Shown: positions 41,239 to 53,600 of the stretch, piece by piece | How the letters are laid out: every line of letters begins with the position of its first letter | How positions within the stretch are numbered: position 1 is the first letter of the stretch | Assembly (NCBI GenBank): GCA_963765765.1 | Contig: CAVXYC010000032.1 | Span: 224,001-288,000, forward strand | Direction: 5' to 3' | Source of the DNA: an uncultured Chloroflexia bacterium | GTDB taxonomy: Bacteria > Chloroflexota > UBA6077 > JACCZL01 | DNA length: 64,000 nt | The notes under the pieces: generated by a model | The model's database searches: none | What the model saw: only the letters and a program-made list of their open reading frames with translations | What the model was told of the DNA's origin: nothing | Position numbers and translations under genes: made by a program

Positions 41239-43076
41239 ATGCAGGCCATCCCGATCACAACGTTCCACCACCCGCCGCCGAGGCGGGCGGCGCGGTTGCT
41301 TACGCTGGCGGGGACCCTCGGCCTGCTACTCATTCCGTTGTTCGTGATCCTCCGCCACGACACGGCCCTCCCCTGATCCTACCGCCCGACGAGTCGGGCG
41401 CCGCCGTGACGGATGAGGAGATGCCGACGGCGGCGTTGCATGAATTTGAATCAGCGTCACAGCCACCCAGACCGCGCCATGGATTTCTCGCTGGACGCAG
41501 CCCAGAGGGGCTCTCCCTACACGTGCTGCGGTACATCCCAGTGATCGTTGAGGTTGGGCATGAGGTCGGGGTAGATCCCGCGACACTGGCGGCGCTGATG
41601 GAAGTTGAAAGCTCCGGCGAGGAGGCCATCTCACCGGCGGGCGCACTAGGACTCATGCAAGTAATGCCGGACAAGCTCTACCCCGGGGACGATCCCTTCG
41701 ACCCTTCGACGAACATCCGGCGTGCAGCGCAGCTCGTCCAGCGGCTCAGCGCAAGCTGGAAGGGCGATCTGGCCGCCGTGGCCGGCTCCTACTTTGGAGC
41801 CGTGGACAATCATGGCTTCGTAACCGAGGCTTCGGATGGGATCGTGACCGGAAGCCAGTACGTGAGCCGCTTTGCCGAGGCGTACGAGCGCTGGGCCAGT
41901 GCACTCGGGCAATCCACCCAGCCGGTGATGATCCAGACTCGCGCGCCGGCGTCCCCGATCTTGCGTTACACCGTCCAGCCGGGCGACTCTGCGCGCGGGC
42001 TGGCCGCGCGCTACGGCATCAGCCTGGCCACCCTTGCCGCCGCGAACGAGCTCAGCGATCCAGACATACTACAGGTGGGTCAGGAGCTGCGGATCCCAAG
42101 CCTGGACGGCGTGCTTCACTCCGTACAATCGGGCGAGAGCCTATCGCAGCTTGCCGAGCGCTACGGAGTTTCGATCAGCAGCCTGCTTGAGGCGAATCGC
42201 CTGGTCGGCGAGCTGCAGGCCGGTGCGCTGCTGGTGGTGCCCGGCGCGGCGCCGGCATGGCCCGCCGAGCCGACCGCGGCTGAACCAGCACCGCCGCCGC
42301 CCCCACCCGTACCGGCTGCACCGCGTCGCGTCTCCAGCGCGCCGCCTCCTCCAGTAACCGCCCGCCACGTAGCCATTCTGGATGAGGCTTCGGGTGAGCT
42401 CCTATACGGCCAGGACGAGCACAACCGCGTCGCACCGGCGAGCATTACCAAGATCGCTACTACCCTGGTAGCCCTGGAACGAGAGCCTGACCTCGAGAAG
42501 CGAATCCGGGTAACGATCAGCGGCTCAGCTATGGCGGCGCGCGACGGCTCCTCCATCATGGGCCTCGAGCCCGGCCGCCAGGTGTCACTGACGACGCTGC
42601 TCTACGGGATGATGCTGCCGAGTGGCAACGACGCCGCCGAGCAGGTAGCCCTTTCTCTGGCCGGCTCACGCCAGACCTACGTCGGCTGGATGAACGACAC
42701 CGTGACCCAGCTTGGTCTCCAGGACACCCACTTCGTCAACCCCAGCGGGATGGACGCATCAGGCCACTACTCGAGCGCGCATGACATGGCGCTGCTCGGA
42801 CGGACCGCGATGCGCAACGAGACCTTCCGCCAGCTGGCCGGCGCCTCGACCTACCGCGGCGATGGCTACAGCCTGAGCACTCTCAACCGCCTGATCGGCG
42901 CCTACCCCGGCGTCGACGGTATTAAGGTCGGCCTCACGCGCCAGGCAGGCCGGACCATCGTTGCCTCAGCCACACGCGACGGCCACCGGGTCCACGTCAG
43001 CCTGTTGCGGAGCCAGGACACACCAAGCGATAGCACCGCCCTCTTCGAGTGGGTCTGGCGCACCTTCCGCTGGTAA
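41239..43076 (+). CDS. TM-SLT lytic transglycosylase-LysM x2-D-Ala-D-Ala carboxypeptidase (S11) fusion (frameshift near 41370)
   Basis: VESSG/GLMQVMP SLT; YTVQPGDS and HSVQSGES LysM; SITK, SGN, KVG motifs; N-terminal TM LLTLAGTLGLLLIPLFVIL in an upstream frame. Confidence 0.85.
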
Positions 43077-43252
43077 CCGCTTTCTCGCACCAACCCAATG
43101 ACCGGAAAGATGGGTGACGGCAAGTCCCCCGAAGTCTCACCGAGCGCACGATAACCTCGTCCGCCGAGCTCGGGCGTGACAGCCCTGGACATGCTGAAGG
43201 CCCGCCTCCCACGGGAGCGCGGTGGCCGACCGAAAGCCCCGCGCCGCCGTCC

Positions 43253-44824
43253 TCAGCGCACAAGTCTGTAGACGATGGCACGGCCGACTGTCTCCTGGCG
43301 GTCGATTCGGGCTGTGGTGAACCCCGTGAGCGTGGATTGGGCGGCTCGCTGCGGGCGGCAATTGGACACCTCACAGACGACAAAGACCTGACCAGTCGGC
43401 AACGAAGGCTCCACTGGTTCGTCGCCGTAGAGAGAGATGTGAAACGCGTAGGCTGCCTCGTAGCTGCGATCCGAGACCACCAGGAGGTGAAACGGCTGCC
43501 CGTCGGCATGCGCATGCATGAACCGGGCGACCGCCTCGGCGTGCGCAAGATCTCGGTCTGGCGGGTTGAGCAGCGGGCTGCCGAAGAGGTGAGCGAGCAC
43601 GAGCGCGCAGGTAAGCACAACTGCACTAGTCCGACCAAGCGTCCCGACCGCTCTGGAGTGATCCGACCCCGCGCGCCACAGCCAGGCGACAAGCGCTCCG
43701 AAAAGCAGGTATGCGGCCGGGGCCAGGGCCGCGAGGTAGTGGTCGTGCAGGGTGATGGGGGTCGCCGCGAACCCGAGCACGCCTGTGGCCAGCCAGAAGG
43801 CCAGCACGGTGAGCGCCCAGCCCCCATGCGAGCCGGGCAGGCTTCGCCCGCGCAGCAGTAACGGGATCAGTAGGCAGATTGCGGCCACGGTTGTCAGGAC
43901 GGGATTTTCTGAGGCGAGATGCTTGCCCACGAGGATCCGGCCATAGATGTCCAGCGCGCGCGGCGCAAAGCCCGCCGGGCCGCCATCGGCCGCAGCATCG
44001 GCAACTGCGTCGGTAGCTGCATCGCTTTGAGCAAGGAGCGTCACGAGCGGCAGCAAGATGGCGAGGAACACCGCGATCGAGATCGCGGACCAGCGGAAGA
44101 ACGCCCCGCGGGCCGCGTGTCCCGATCTGCCCGCTCCGGCCCGAAGCTCCAGGAACCAGGCCATGGCCGCCGCCGGCAGAGCAAGGACGGCGGCGTAATG
44201 AAGGTGGAGCGCGACGGCAAGAAGGATTGCCGCCGGAAGGTACCAACGTGGATTAGAGTCACGGTGGGCCCGGAAAATCGCCCAAACCGCCAGCAACGCG
44301 AAGAAGGGAAGCAAATTAGGATTCCAGGCAGTGCGCGCACTAACGATGCCGATGGCCGAAACCGCATACACCAGAGCGCTCGTGACTGCCGCTGTCCGGC
44401 CAAACCAGGTGCGTGCCAGTGCGTAGACCAGTCCCACGCTGGCCACGCCCAGGACGGCTACCATGCCAGCGCCCGCGACCGGGCTGAGCCAGAAGAGACC
44501 CATCGGTATAGCCAGCACGTAGTAGTACGCCGGGCTGAAGTGAAGCCCTGCCAATGTGGTGGGCGGGCCAACAAGCGGGAGCGCGCCGGCGGTGAGCATG
44601 CGCTTGACCTGAAGCGCGTCCCGTCCCTGGTCTCCCAGGAACGTCAGGTATTCCTCGAGCCGCCAGAATCTCAGGGCGGCTGCGATCGCCAGGATCACGA
44701 GGCAGGCCAGCAGGTCGATATGACGGCGTGCCTGCTGGGCATGGTTAACAGCCCTGGCCCGGGAAGAGGCCGAAGCGCCCGCACTGCCGTAGTAGCCGCT
44801 GGTGACCCGCAAAGGGGCGCTCAT
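43253..44824 (-). CDS. ArnT/PMT-like (GT39-type) membrane glycosyltransferase
   Basis: LRF...FLGDQGRD, PLVGP, WNPN; multi-TM. Confidence 0.85.
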   Translation of the reverse strand: MSAPLRVTSGYYGSAGASASSRARAVNHAQQARRHIDLLACLVILAIAAALRFWRLEEYLTFLGDQGRDALQVKRMLTAGALPLVGPPTTLAGLHFSPAYYYVLAIPMGLFWLSPVAGAGMVAVLGVASVGLVYALARTWFGRTAAVTSALVYAVSAIGIVSARTAWNPNLLPFFALLAVWAIFRAHRDSNPRWYLPAAILLAVALHLHYAAVLALPAAAMAWFLELRAGAGRSGHAARGAFFRWSAISIAVFLAILLPLVTLLAQSDAATDAVADAAADGGPAGFAPRALDIYGRILVGKHLASENPVLTTVAAICLLIPLLLRGRSLPGSHGGWALTVLAFWLATGVLGFAATPITLHDHYLAALAPAAYLLFGALVAWLWRAGSDHSRAVGTLGRTSAVVLTCALVLAHLFGSPLLNPPDRDLAHAEAVARFMHAHADGQPFHLLVVSDRSYEAAYAFHISLYGDEPVEPSLPTGQVFVVCEVSNCRPQRAAQSTLTGFTTARIDRQETVGRAIVYRLVR

Positions 44825-45282
44825 CTAGTGCTCAGGACGCGACACGCGTCTTAGCTGTTTGTCGATCCGAGGCATGAGTCTCCATTGGCGCGTCGAGCGA
44901 ACGCTGTCCGGGTTGGTGTCGCGTGGGGAAACATAAGAATCGCGTGGGCCGTCGTCGCACCACCCGTACCCAGCGGCATATTTACCAAACCGTTGTTCGC
45001 TAAGACGTTGGGGCGAGGGGCGCTTGAAACACCTGGAAAAGTGTCCCACATCCGGACCAGGGATGAGTCACCGGGTACGACCCGATCAGGCGATTCAGGT
45101 TGCCGACGGCATCAAGATCGGGCGCACCCGGGCAGGCGGGTCGAACGATCGGCGCATCGGCCGCGCGTGAGGCCACCGGAGTTCGAGAGTCTGCTGCGCA
45201 GCCGGAACCGACGCCGACGGCACTGCGCTCCTGGATTAGCTGTGGCGTAGCCCTAGATGCCCGATAGCCCACCTTGTTGGCC

Positions 45283-45981
45283 TCAAGCATCCGTACGGCG
45301 GACGGTCAACACACACCGCTCCAGAGCGTCGACCAGCTGTTCAGGGTGGGCAAGGAACGGGCAGTGACCGCCTGGGATCTCGATCGGCTCCACGCCCAGC
45401 CGATCCCGAGCGGCTCGCCGCGCCCACGCGGGAGTGGCCGTCCGGTCGTCGGCGCATAGGATGTACTCACTGGGAACCTCGGGCCACGCACGCAGCGGCG
45501 TCACTTCACTGCCGAGCGCTCCGGGTTCAGGACGCAGCCGATGAAAGGCCTCGCGTGCAACATCAGGTGGACAATCGTGAAACAAGAAGCTGGCCGCCAC
45601 TGCTTCACTTTCCCAGAAAGGCGCCTGGGCGGTGAACATCTCGGGATTGAACATGTCGGGCTCGCTGGCGACCTGGTCAACCACGCTCTGGCCAGGTCGG
45701 GGCAGCAGCGAGTGGAGGAACACCATCTTCGTCACCGGCCTCTGCGCCGCAACCAGCGGGATGATCAAGCCCGCGATGGAATGTCCGACTAACACCAGCT
45801 CATCGATGGCACCGAAGTCTCGCGTGATCGCCTCGGCGCAGCGAGCCGCACCGGCCGCAAGGTCATCCGTCGTGAGATCCGTGGTTACGCCTCTGTGGCC
45901 GCGCGCCACCAGCTCCGGTGTCACCCGGTCCCAGCACCACGCGCCGAATCCGCCGCCATGAACTAAGCCGAACGTACTCAT
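45283..45981 (-). CDS. Alpha/beta hydrolase
   Basis: LVHGGGFGAWCW, GHSIAG, GGHCPF. Confidence 0.9.
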   Translation of the reverse strand: MSTFGLVHGGGFGAWCWDRVTPELVARGHRGVTTDLTTDDLAAGAARCAEAITRDFGAIDELVLVGHSIAGLIIPLVAAQRPVTKMVFLHSLLPRPGQSVVDQVASEPDMFNPEMFTAQAPFWESEAVAASFLFHDCPPDVAREAFHRLRPEPGALGSEVTPLRAWPEVPSEYILCADDRTATPAWARRAARDRLGVEPIEIPGGHCPFLAHPEQLVDALERCVLTVRRTDA

Positions 45982-46344
45982 CTGGTAGCTCCATCAGTGA
46001 GTGTCACGTGAGTGGCGTGCTCATGCCGGTAATTGTCATATAGGTGAGGGTGAGGGGATGTAGATGCCGCTGCTCATTGCGTCGCCGAGTCCAGGCGAAT
46101 GATTGGCATCGCTTTCTTGTGCGGGCTGTCGGTGCGTGGAGTCAGCATCCGAGTCAGTGGAGCCACAGTACCTCTCCTGCGTCCACGCCCCGCCGGGCTG
46201 AAGCACTCCTGGACGAAGCGCTTCGCGCGCAGCTAGGCGGACGGCCAAGGTTTTCATTCTCGGAGGCGATGCATCGCCTCGTGAGAACTCCACCGAAGCC
46301 GCCCAACCGTACCTGGGCCGCTGGTAGTAACGTGATGTCCTGCC

Positions 46345-47092
46345 CTACCGCACCCCCACCGGCGAGCTGAGCAGCCGCCGCATCATCTCGTTCAGATCCC
46401 GCAACGCCTGGCGGCCGTCGGCTGTGAAGCTCGAGCCGTGCATCACCGCAAACGTCGATGGCTCAAGGTCGGCCAGCCCGTAGAGGATCTGCTCGGTCTG
46501 TGTTGAGTACGGGAGGTAGTTGGCCAGCGGCCCGGCTTGAAAGCTGGCCAGCGATTGCTCGGCGCGGTCCAGCACGCTGCCATGGAACAGTGGCTCGTTA
46601 TCGCCGAGCTGGTGGAACAGGTCGGAGCACAGCAGCGTGCGCGTCGTCTCATCGAAGAGCATTCCTGCCTCCCAGCAGTGCGGGACGTGCGGGGTCAGGC
46701 GGAAGCGGAACCGGTGCGCGCCCGTGACGAGCTCTTCGTCTTGCACCATTCCGCGGGCCGCGGTTGGCGAAGTCGTTGACGCTCACCAGCGCGCCCACCA
46801 GGCTACAGACCGGCTCAGCGTTCGGCGCTACCTCCAGCCAGTCGTTCAGCGAGCCGCACTCGTCGGCCTCGTAGTGACTGAACGAGATCCAGCGGATCTG
46901 CGCCGGATCGAGCACGCGGGCCACTGCGTCACGCACCAGCGGGAACATGCTTCGGCTGGCGGTGTGGAACAGCAGCGGCTCGTCATCTTTGACCAGGAAC
47001 TGACAAAACGGGAAGTCGACCTCAGGCACGTAGGTAGCGATGCGGTAGATGTCAGGAGCGACTTCGTCGACCGTGGTAGAGAGCGGCATCAT
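46345..47092 (-). CDS. MBL-fold metallo-hydrolase (FprA-like N-domain; frameshift near 46755)
   Basis: [27 protein letters not shown]. Confidence 0.85.
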
Positions 47093-47161
47093 GGAACCTC
47101 GCAACTCAGTGATCAGTCGTGTACACTAACTGTATCGGCAGTCTAACGCAGTGGGAGATGA

Positions 47162-47923
47162 ATGTCAATACTCAGTGAGCACGAATGTTCACCGACTGAT
47201 GAAATTGGTTTGCAGACTGAGCCGGCCGCGGACGCATCGCCTCTGCAGTCTTCCGCCGCCGTGCCCGCCCGCAAGCTCCGCCTCAAGGCTCGTGCCGAGC
47301 GGATGGGCGAGACCCGCAAGCGGATTGCCCGCGCCACCTACGAGCTCCACGCCTCGGTCGGCCCGGCGCGTACCACCATCAGTGCCATCGCCGAGCGCGC
47401 CGGCGTCCAGCGGCTCACCGTGTACAAGCACTTCCCGCATGAGCGTGATATTTTCCAGGCCTGCACCACCTATCACCTGGAGCTCGACCCCCCGCCCGAT
47501 CCGGCTAGATGGCAACAGATCGTCGATCCCGAACAGCGGCTCCGCCTGGCCCTGGCCGAGCTGTACCCTTACTACCGCCGTAACGAGACGCTATTTGCCA
47601 ATACCGGGCGCGACATAGCGCTGGTCCTGGAACAGATGGACGGCGCGCCGCCGGCCGGGCTGCGGGCGTTCATGGACCTACCATCCCAGCTGCACGCCGC
47701 GCTCGCCGTTGGCTGGTCGGAAGACGACCAACAGGCGACGCTCCGCAACGCGGCGCTCGCGCTAGCGATCGACTTCGCCACCTGGCGCACGCTGGCGCGT
47801 GGTCAGCACCTCGAGGATGCTCAGGCCGTCGAGCTCATGGTCGCTCTAGTCACCTGCGCTCGGCGCGAGCTGATCTGCGACACCTCTAGGGCCCCGAAAA
47901 AGCGTCGACGGACTTCCGTTTAG
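47162..47923 (+). CDS. TetR family regulator divergent from the MBL gene
   Basis: TTISAIAERAGVQRLTVYKHFP. Confidence 0.88.
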   Translation: MSILSEHECSPTDEIGLQTEPAADASPLQSSAAVPARKLRLKARAERMGETRKRIARATYELHASVGPARTTISAIAERAGVQRLTVYKHFPHERDIFQACTTYHLELDPPPDPARWQQIVDPEQRLRLALAELYPYYRRNETLFANTGRDIALVLEQMDGAPPAGLRAFMDLPSQLHAALAVGWSEDDQQATLRNAALALAIDFATWRTLARGQHLEDAQAVELMVALVTCARRELICDTSRAPKKRRRTSV

Positions 47924-48021
47924 GCATTCCGCTGAGACTGCTGACCCCGCAATCCCGTCGCCACCCCGACTTCTAGAGACCTCTGAAAAGAAGCTCACTG
48001 TGGCGATAGAGGGCAGTAGCT

Positions 48022-49088
48022 GTGCCGAGCCGCTCATATTTCCACCGTCTGCGGTTGAGAAATATCCAGGCCCTAGGCGCTTTGGGGCGTCTGCCGCTGA
48101 GTCCCTCGCAGTTTCAAGTAGGCCGGTCTGCAACTTACCTACGGGAGTTCCTGGAAGTATGGATGTACCGGGTCCCGGTTTCGGCACGCGCTAATCTCAT
48201 CGGACGGCTGCGTGATCGAAACGACATCAACCATCGCGCCGCTAAATACGAGTTGCTGCTATACGCGTTCTGGCGGATCGCGGTTACCATGTCAACCTAA
48301 ATGAGCCAGTCGGGGTTGGAGATGCTGATCTTCTGGTTTCGAACGGAGCCAATTTTCTAATTGAAGTTGCCACGGTGTTTCCCGATCCAGAGGAGGAGCG
48401 GCGTTACCGTCATTTACACGACATCTGCGCCGCCATCGACGGGCTCCGTGACGATGAGTTCGTCGCGGAGGTCGATGCTAACTACGGATGGCCACCGGTC
48501 AACCTTACTCCGCGAGCCGCCAAGCGGGACGTGCGCGACTATCTGGAACGCGTGAAGCGCGATGAGGTTTCCCCGCAATCAGGCGTCAGGCTCGGAAAGG
48601 TGACCGTGAGATTATTACCCGCCTACCTGTCTGACGGATTTGTTGGAGCAATCAGTTACCCGGTCGAGTGGCGTAGTACACCAGAGCAAGCGCGGTCCGC
48701 CGTGGAGAAAAAGGTGCAGAAATTCAAGTCCATTAAACACTCGGGGCAGCCGCTTGTTGTGGCCTTATGTGATGGTGGGCTACACCAAAATTTTCATCAG
48801 GCGATTGATCGAGTGCTGTTCGGCTCTCCTGGCGTGATGACCATGCGAAACGATGACCGAGTCATTAGTCGGGGAGTGCGCTCGTCAGAAGGGTTCTTCG
48901 GTCCGACGGGAGCGAGCACTCGATTGAGCGCGGTGCTCGGCTGCTCGTATCAAATGACGACTCGTAGCATTGAACTACGCATGAGGGTCTGGCATAACCC
49001 ACGCGCGCTCGTCCCGATAGCGATCGCTGAGTTCGAGCCGCTGCCACAGTTGGCCACATTCCGTACGGCGTCCGGGACAAAGTATTGA
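48022..49088 (+). CDS. Hypothetical protein, possible PD-(D/E)xK-like fold (frameshift near 48270)
   Basis: HRAAKYELLL then GDADLLV...FLIEVATV; visibly lower GC than the flanks; start uncertain. Confidence 0.5.
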
Positions 49089-49324
49089 AATGGACGAAAG
49101 AGGACCGCCGGTCTTGTTCGGCTACGGATCTGACGGAGCCCTCTCGCCTAAAGTTCGCTGACTCAATTTCGTTAATCCGGCGTTTACGCTCAAAATTGCC
49201 TTAACTTGTTCGCGGAGGCCAAATGACCATCTCGTCCGGCCGATTAAGCCACGCCGAGCAAGCTCTCCGGAGTGAACCGGATCAGCCGTTGGGTCCTCCT
49301 GCGCCGTAGCACCGCCACGCACCG

Positions 49325-49405
49325 CACGTGGTAACTCTGCAATATCGGACTGTCAACGCTGTGACAGCCTGTTCCAGAGGCTGAGCAAAAGCTGTTCCCT
49401 TATCG
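49325..49405. repeat. Diverged direct repeat, copy 1 (copy 2 at ~54378-54457)
   Basis: CTGTCAAcGCTGTGACAGC..GTTCCAGAG...GAGC.AAAGCTGT shared by both copies. Confidence 0.6.
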
Positions 49406-49473
49406 TTGTCGAGAAAGACAGCTTTGGAAATGCAATTGTCGAGAAGCACTGGCCTAACCGGCAGATCGTCCCG

Positions 49474-50574
49474 TCATCTAGCGCCCCGTACTGACTCAGC
49501 GAGCAGTTCCGCCAGGGGCTTTACGAATTCCGCCTCGTTATCCCAATAATTGTGTGCCGACAATCCGCTCGCCTCAACCCGGGCAACGTTGTCAACCTCA
49601 CAGTCCTCGATTCGGGCCGAGGACACCACACCGGTTTCCGGGTCGACGGCTCGGTACAGGCCGATTGTGTCGGGCTCGTTGACTGGCCGGGATCCCGGTC
49701 GCCACCACTTGGGCGGCGCCAGTGGGTCGGCCACCGGATCACGCTGGTCCCAGAAATTGACCCAGCGCCCGATCTCCGCCAGGCAGCCGATGTCGCGACC
49801 CCAGTAGAACAGCGCCGAGTACTTGCGCAGCGGGCTACCGGCGGTAACGATGAGGCGCACCTTGGGTGCGATGAACGGCGGCAGTTGCCGCAGGACGTCA
49901 AAGGCGAGCACCGTACCCTGGCTATGGGCATTGATGATGACGCTATCCACATCATCGCGAGAGCAGATCCGCAGCAGTGCCTCTCGGATGAATCCATGGA
50001 CGCGCTCGCGCAGGTCGTTTCGGGAGATGTAGGTCGTGACGTCATCTTCAAGTTGCCGAAGTGTCGCCAGGAACTCGGGTCCCACCACGGTCAATGCGTC
50101 CTAACGGACACGCAGGCTGGGGGACGATGCCCGACCGTCCTGAGCTGGGCGTCGCATGGTCGCCCGCGCATCCACGATGGCCATCCGCAGCAGCTCCGGG
50201 AAGGAGGCATACTGAGGGAGCGAGAACAGGGCCTTCGCCAGTGCGTCTATTGTGCTGCCTGGATGGCGGCGACGGGTGTCCTGCAAACGTGAGTACACCA
50301 GAGCCACATGGGCGATGCGCCCCTGTCCGTCAGTCAGATGCGCTCCGAGGTGTCGACAACGCGTTCCGGACGCGAGGCCCATTGGCCCACCCGTCGGAGG
50401 CCCTCCTCGATCTGGTGTGATGCGGGCGGCCGTTCGCTGGCGACATAGACGGACCATTCTGACCGCGCCGGCACGCTTGCGATGGGGATCATCGCCGAGA
50501 AGGGACGCGTCGAGATAGTGGCTCAGCCGCTCGTGTAGCGTATCGGCATATTCGGGTGGTCTACCGGGCGCCAT
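49474..50574 (-). CDS. Alpha/beta hydrolase-like protein, frameshifted or degraded 5' part
   Basis: AHSQG, TAGSPL, NFWDQRDPVA, AHNYW. Confidence 0.65.
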
Positions 50575-50666
50575 GAGCGGGCACCACTGGACACCGCGTG
50601 TGGACTTTCTGTTAACCTACGAATCCTTTTTCGATGGGCGAGGCTGCAGCGCGTTGAGCGCTGTGC

Positions 50667-53600
50667 GTGAACGGGCGCGCCGCATCGAGGCATGGCGCGT
50701 GCGGAATTCGCAGAGGAGCCTCGTCAGTGACCAGCGGAACAGCGGTGCGGTGGGGGACCACCTGGGTCCGTAGGAGTCTTCGTCCCGGAGCGGTGCTCGG
50801 CTTGCTGGTGGCGCTTGGTTTCAACCAGCCAACCGCGATCGCGGCTCGAGATCTCTCTGGCACGGGCAGCAGCGGGTTCGAGGCCTCGGTACGCGCGCCA
50901 ATCTGGGCGGACACCAAACCCGATCCCACCAAGGCGTCTGCAAAGGTCGGAAGCAACGCCGCGCAGCCGACCGCCACAGCCCCCAAGCCGACCGCCACGT
51001 CGCAGCGAGCGACGGCGACTCCACAGGCAACCGCCACGGCACCGAAGTCCACAGCCACGACCGTGCTGCCCACGGCCACATCCGTGAAGGCGACCGCCAC
51101 ACAGTTCCCAACAACCGGGACGGTGGGAACGGCACCGATTTCAGCGGCCGCCGATGGCGCGACCGCAACTCCAACGAGGGCAGGGAGCCAGTCGGCCACC
51201 ACCGGGACCTCCACGCCCGGAGGAGGGTCCGCCGAGTCCTCGACACCGACGAAGGAGCCCTTGCCGTCGGCGTCGCCGCCAAGCCCGACACGGACGGCTA
51301 CCCCGCGCACATCCAATGCCTCGCGCTCGTCATCGTCGGACGGCTCCTCGTCGTCGGAGAAACGGCCGCGCGAGTCCACCGCCACCCCGAGCCCGACAAA
51401 TATCGTGCAGGCTATTGCCACACCCACGTCTCAGCCCCCCACGGCAATGCCGAGCCGTTCCCCGACCGCCCCACCGGTGCCCACGATCTCGCCGAGCCCT
51501 TCCGCCCAGGAGACGGACCTCGATGATCCGGCCTCCGAAACTGTCGGCATGTCAGCGAGCCAGGAGGTGGACGCCGGGCCGGCGCTCGTCATCGCGCCGT
51601 TTAGAGGCGCGTCAGTCGCGAGTATTGGTCCCGTTTACGGCCCCGCGTCCTGCCTGCGCGCGTTCACTTACTGGGAGCCGCTGGAAGCTGCGGCCCAGGC
51701 CGCTGGAATCCCGCCGGAGATCATGGGCGCGCTCCTCGTGGTCGAAGGGTCCGGCGAGCGGGCGGTCTCACCGGCGGGGGCCATGGGGCTGATGCAGCTT
51801 ATGCCCGACAAGTTCCGTCCGGACGATGACCCCTTCCACGTGCCAACGAACCTCCGCCGGGCCGCTGAATTCATCGGCCGCCTGAACGCGCGCTATGGTA
51901 GCGGCGAACAGATCGCTGCCGCGTATTTCGGCGCAATCGACGGGGCGGGGAACATCACCGGCGCCTCGGACGGCAACGTCGATGGCTTTGAGTATGTGCG
52001 CCGCTTTCAGGCGGCGCAGAGCTGCTTACTGGCGGGGCTGGGAGTGCCGGGCGCCGAGGTGGGCCTGCTGGTGTCGCCACTCGGCATACCGCTCAACCGC
52101 GCCAACATATCATTCGGCTTCCTGGACGATTATGGCTCAGCTCTAGCCCGCCTTATCCGCGGGCCAATCGACGTGGCCCGCTACGGGACTCTCCACTTCG
52201 CCTGGGATCTCATTGTGCCGGGCGCTCAGAATAATGGCCGCGGGTCACCAGTGTTCGCCCCGGTTGACGGTACGATCATCCGGACCAGCGACCCCGTCGG
52301 AGGCCCGAACGGAATCTGGATCGAGAACACCGGATCGGACCTCCGCGTACGGCTCATGCACATGGACGCGTTAGCGCCCGCCATCGCTACTGGCACGCGA
52401 GTCCAGGCGGGGCAATGGGTTGGCGTCCTCGGTGGTCAGGGCACCGAGGATTTCCCGCACCTGCACGTGTCGTTCGAGCGGCTCTCAACCGGCGAACGGA
52501 TCGATCCGGCGCGATTCTATTTCCGGCCCAATCCGGAGATGCCCATGCCCACCGCAGGGGCGGCCTATCGATCCGCCGCGACAACCCCGCTCGCTGTCAC
52601 ACACACGGTCACGCAAAACTTGAGCATCCCGACGAACGGCGACATCGAACGTCTCGCGGTCGACGGCGAAGTCCTCGTCTGGTCCGCCGTGGAGGGTGGC
52701 AACCGCCGGGTGCGCGCGCTGGACATTGGAACAGGCTGGACGTTCTCACCGGGAGATCCGTCGCCGGCGAGCAGTTTTCGCCGGTTGTTAGCGGCGAGCG
52801 CCTCATGTGGCTCGACACCCGCGAGTCCTGGGCCGGCGGCAAGGGCCGAGCGGACTCAACGATTGCCGACGTCTATCTGTTCGATCTCGCAACCGGGACC
52901 GAGCGTCGACTCACTTCGGTTCCGGGCAAGTACACCAGTCTCGCCGTGGGCAGAGGGACTGCAGCCTGGGTAAGCCAGGCGGGCGACCTGCAGACGCTGC
53001 ACGTTATCGACCTCGGGAGCGGGCGCGACGCCGTGGTGGACTGGAGCTTTAGCCGCATCGAATCCGTGACGATGGCCGAAGACTCGGTCATCTACGCGGT
53101 AGTGCCGGATCAGGAAACCACTTCGGGCGAACTGGAGATCCGCCAATACACGATCTCGACGGCGGGCACCGCTGTCCTCCACAGAGGCCGAGTTGGGCGC
53201 CTTTCCGGGGACGGACACATCGTGGTGTGGGAGGAACCGACTCCAACGAACTTAGGCAGCGTCATCCGCTCCCTCGATATCCGAACGGGCCAGCTTCAAA
53301 CCGGCGTTCCTGAGCCGACGGTCCGTGGCGGCATGTCGATCTCGGGTGGCACGTTGCTCTGGCAAGAAGCACAGCCCGATGGATCAAGGTCGCTGGTCCT
53401 GCGCGGCCTCACTTCCGCCTCGACGACCCGTCTCGCTGACGGGACGCTGGACATGAAGGTCGCGGCCGCGCTAGGCCACGGAACGCTGGCCTGGAAGACA
53501 GAGTCGGGAGATCTCGGTGTTGCGCGGCTCCCGGCGTGGGACATCGAGGGCGGTCAATTCTTCTCCGAATTGGACCGAGGACAGAGACTGATCGGGAGCC

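Noticed and set aside
50950-51500. Repeat array or CRISPR-like periodicity
   Set aside because: Low-complexity Thr/Ala/Pro linker codons within a CDS; no repeat-spacer structure and no cas genes
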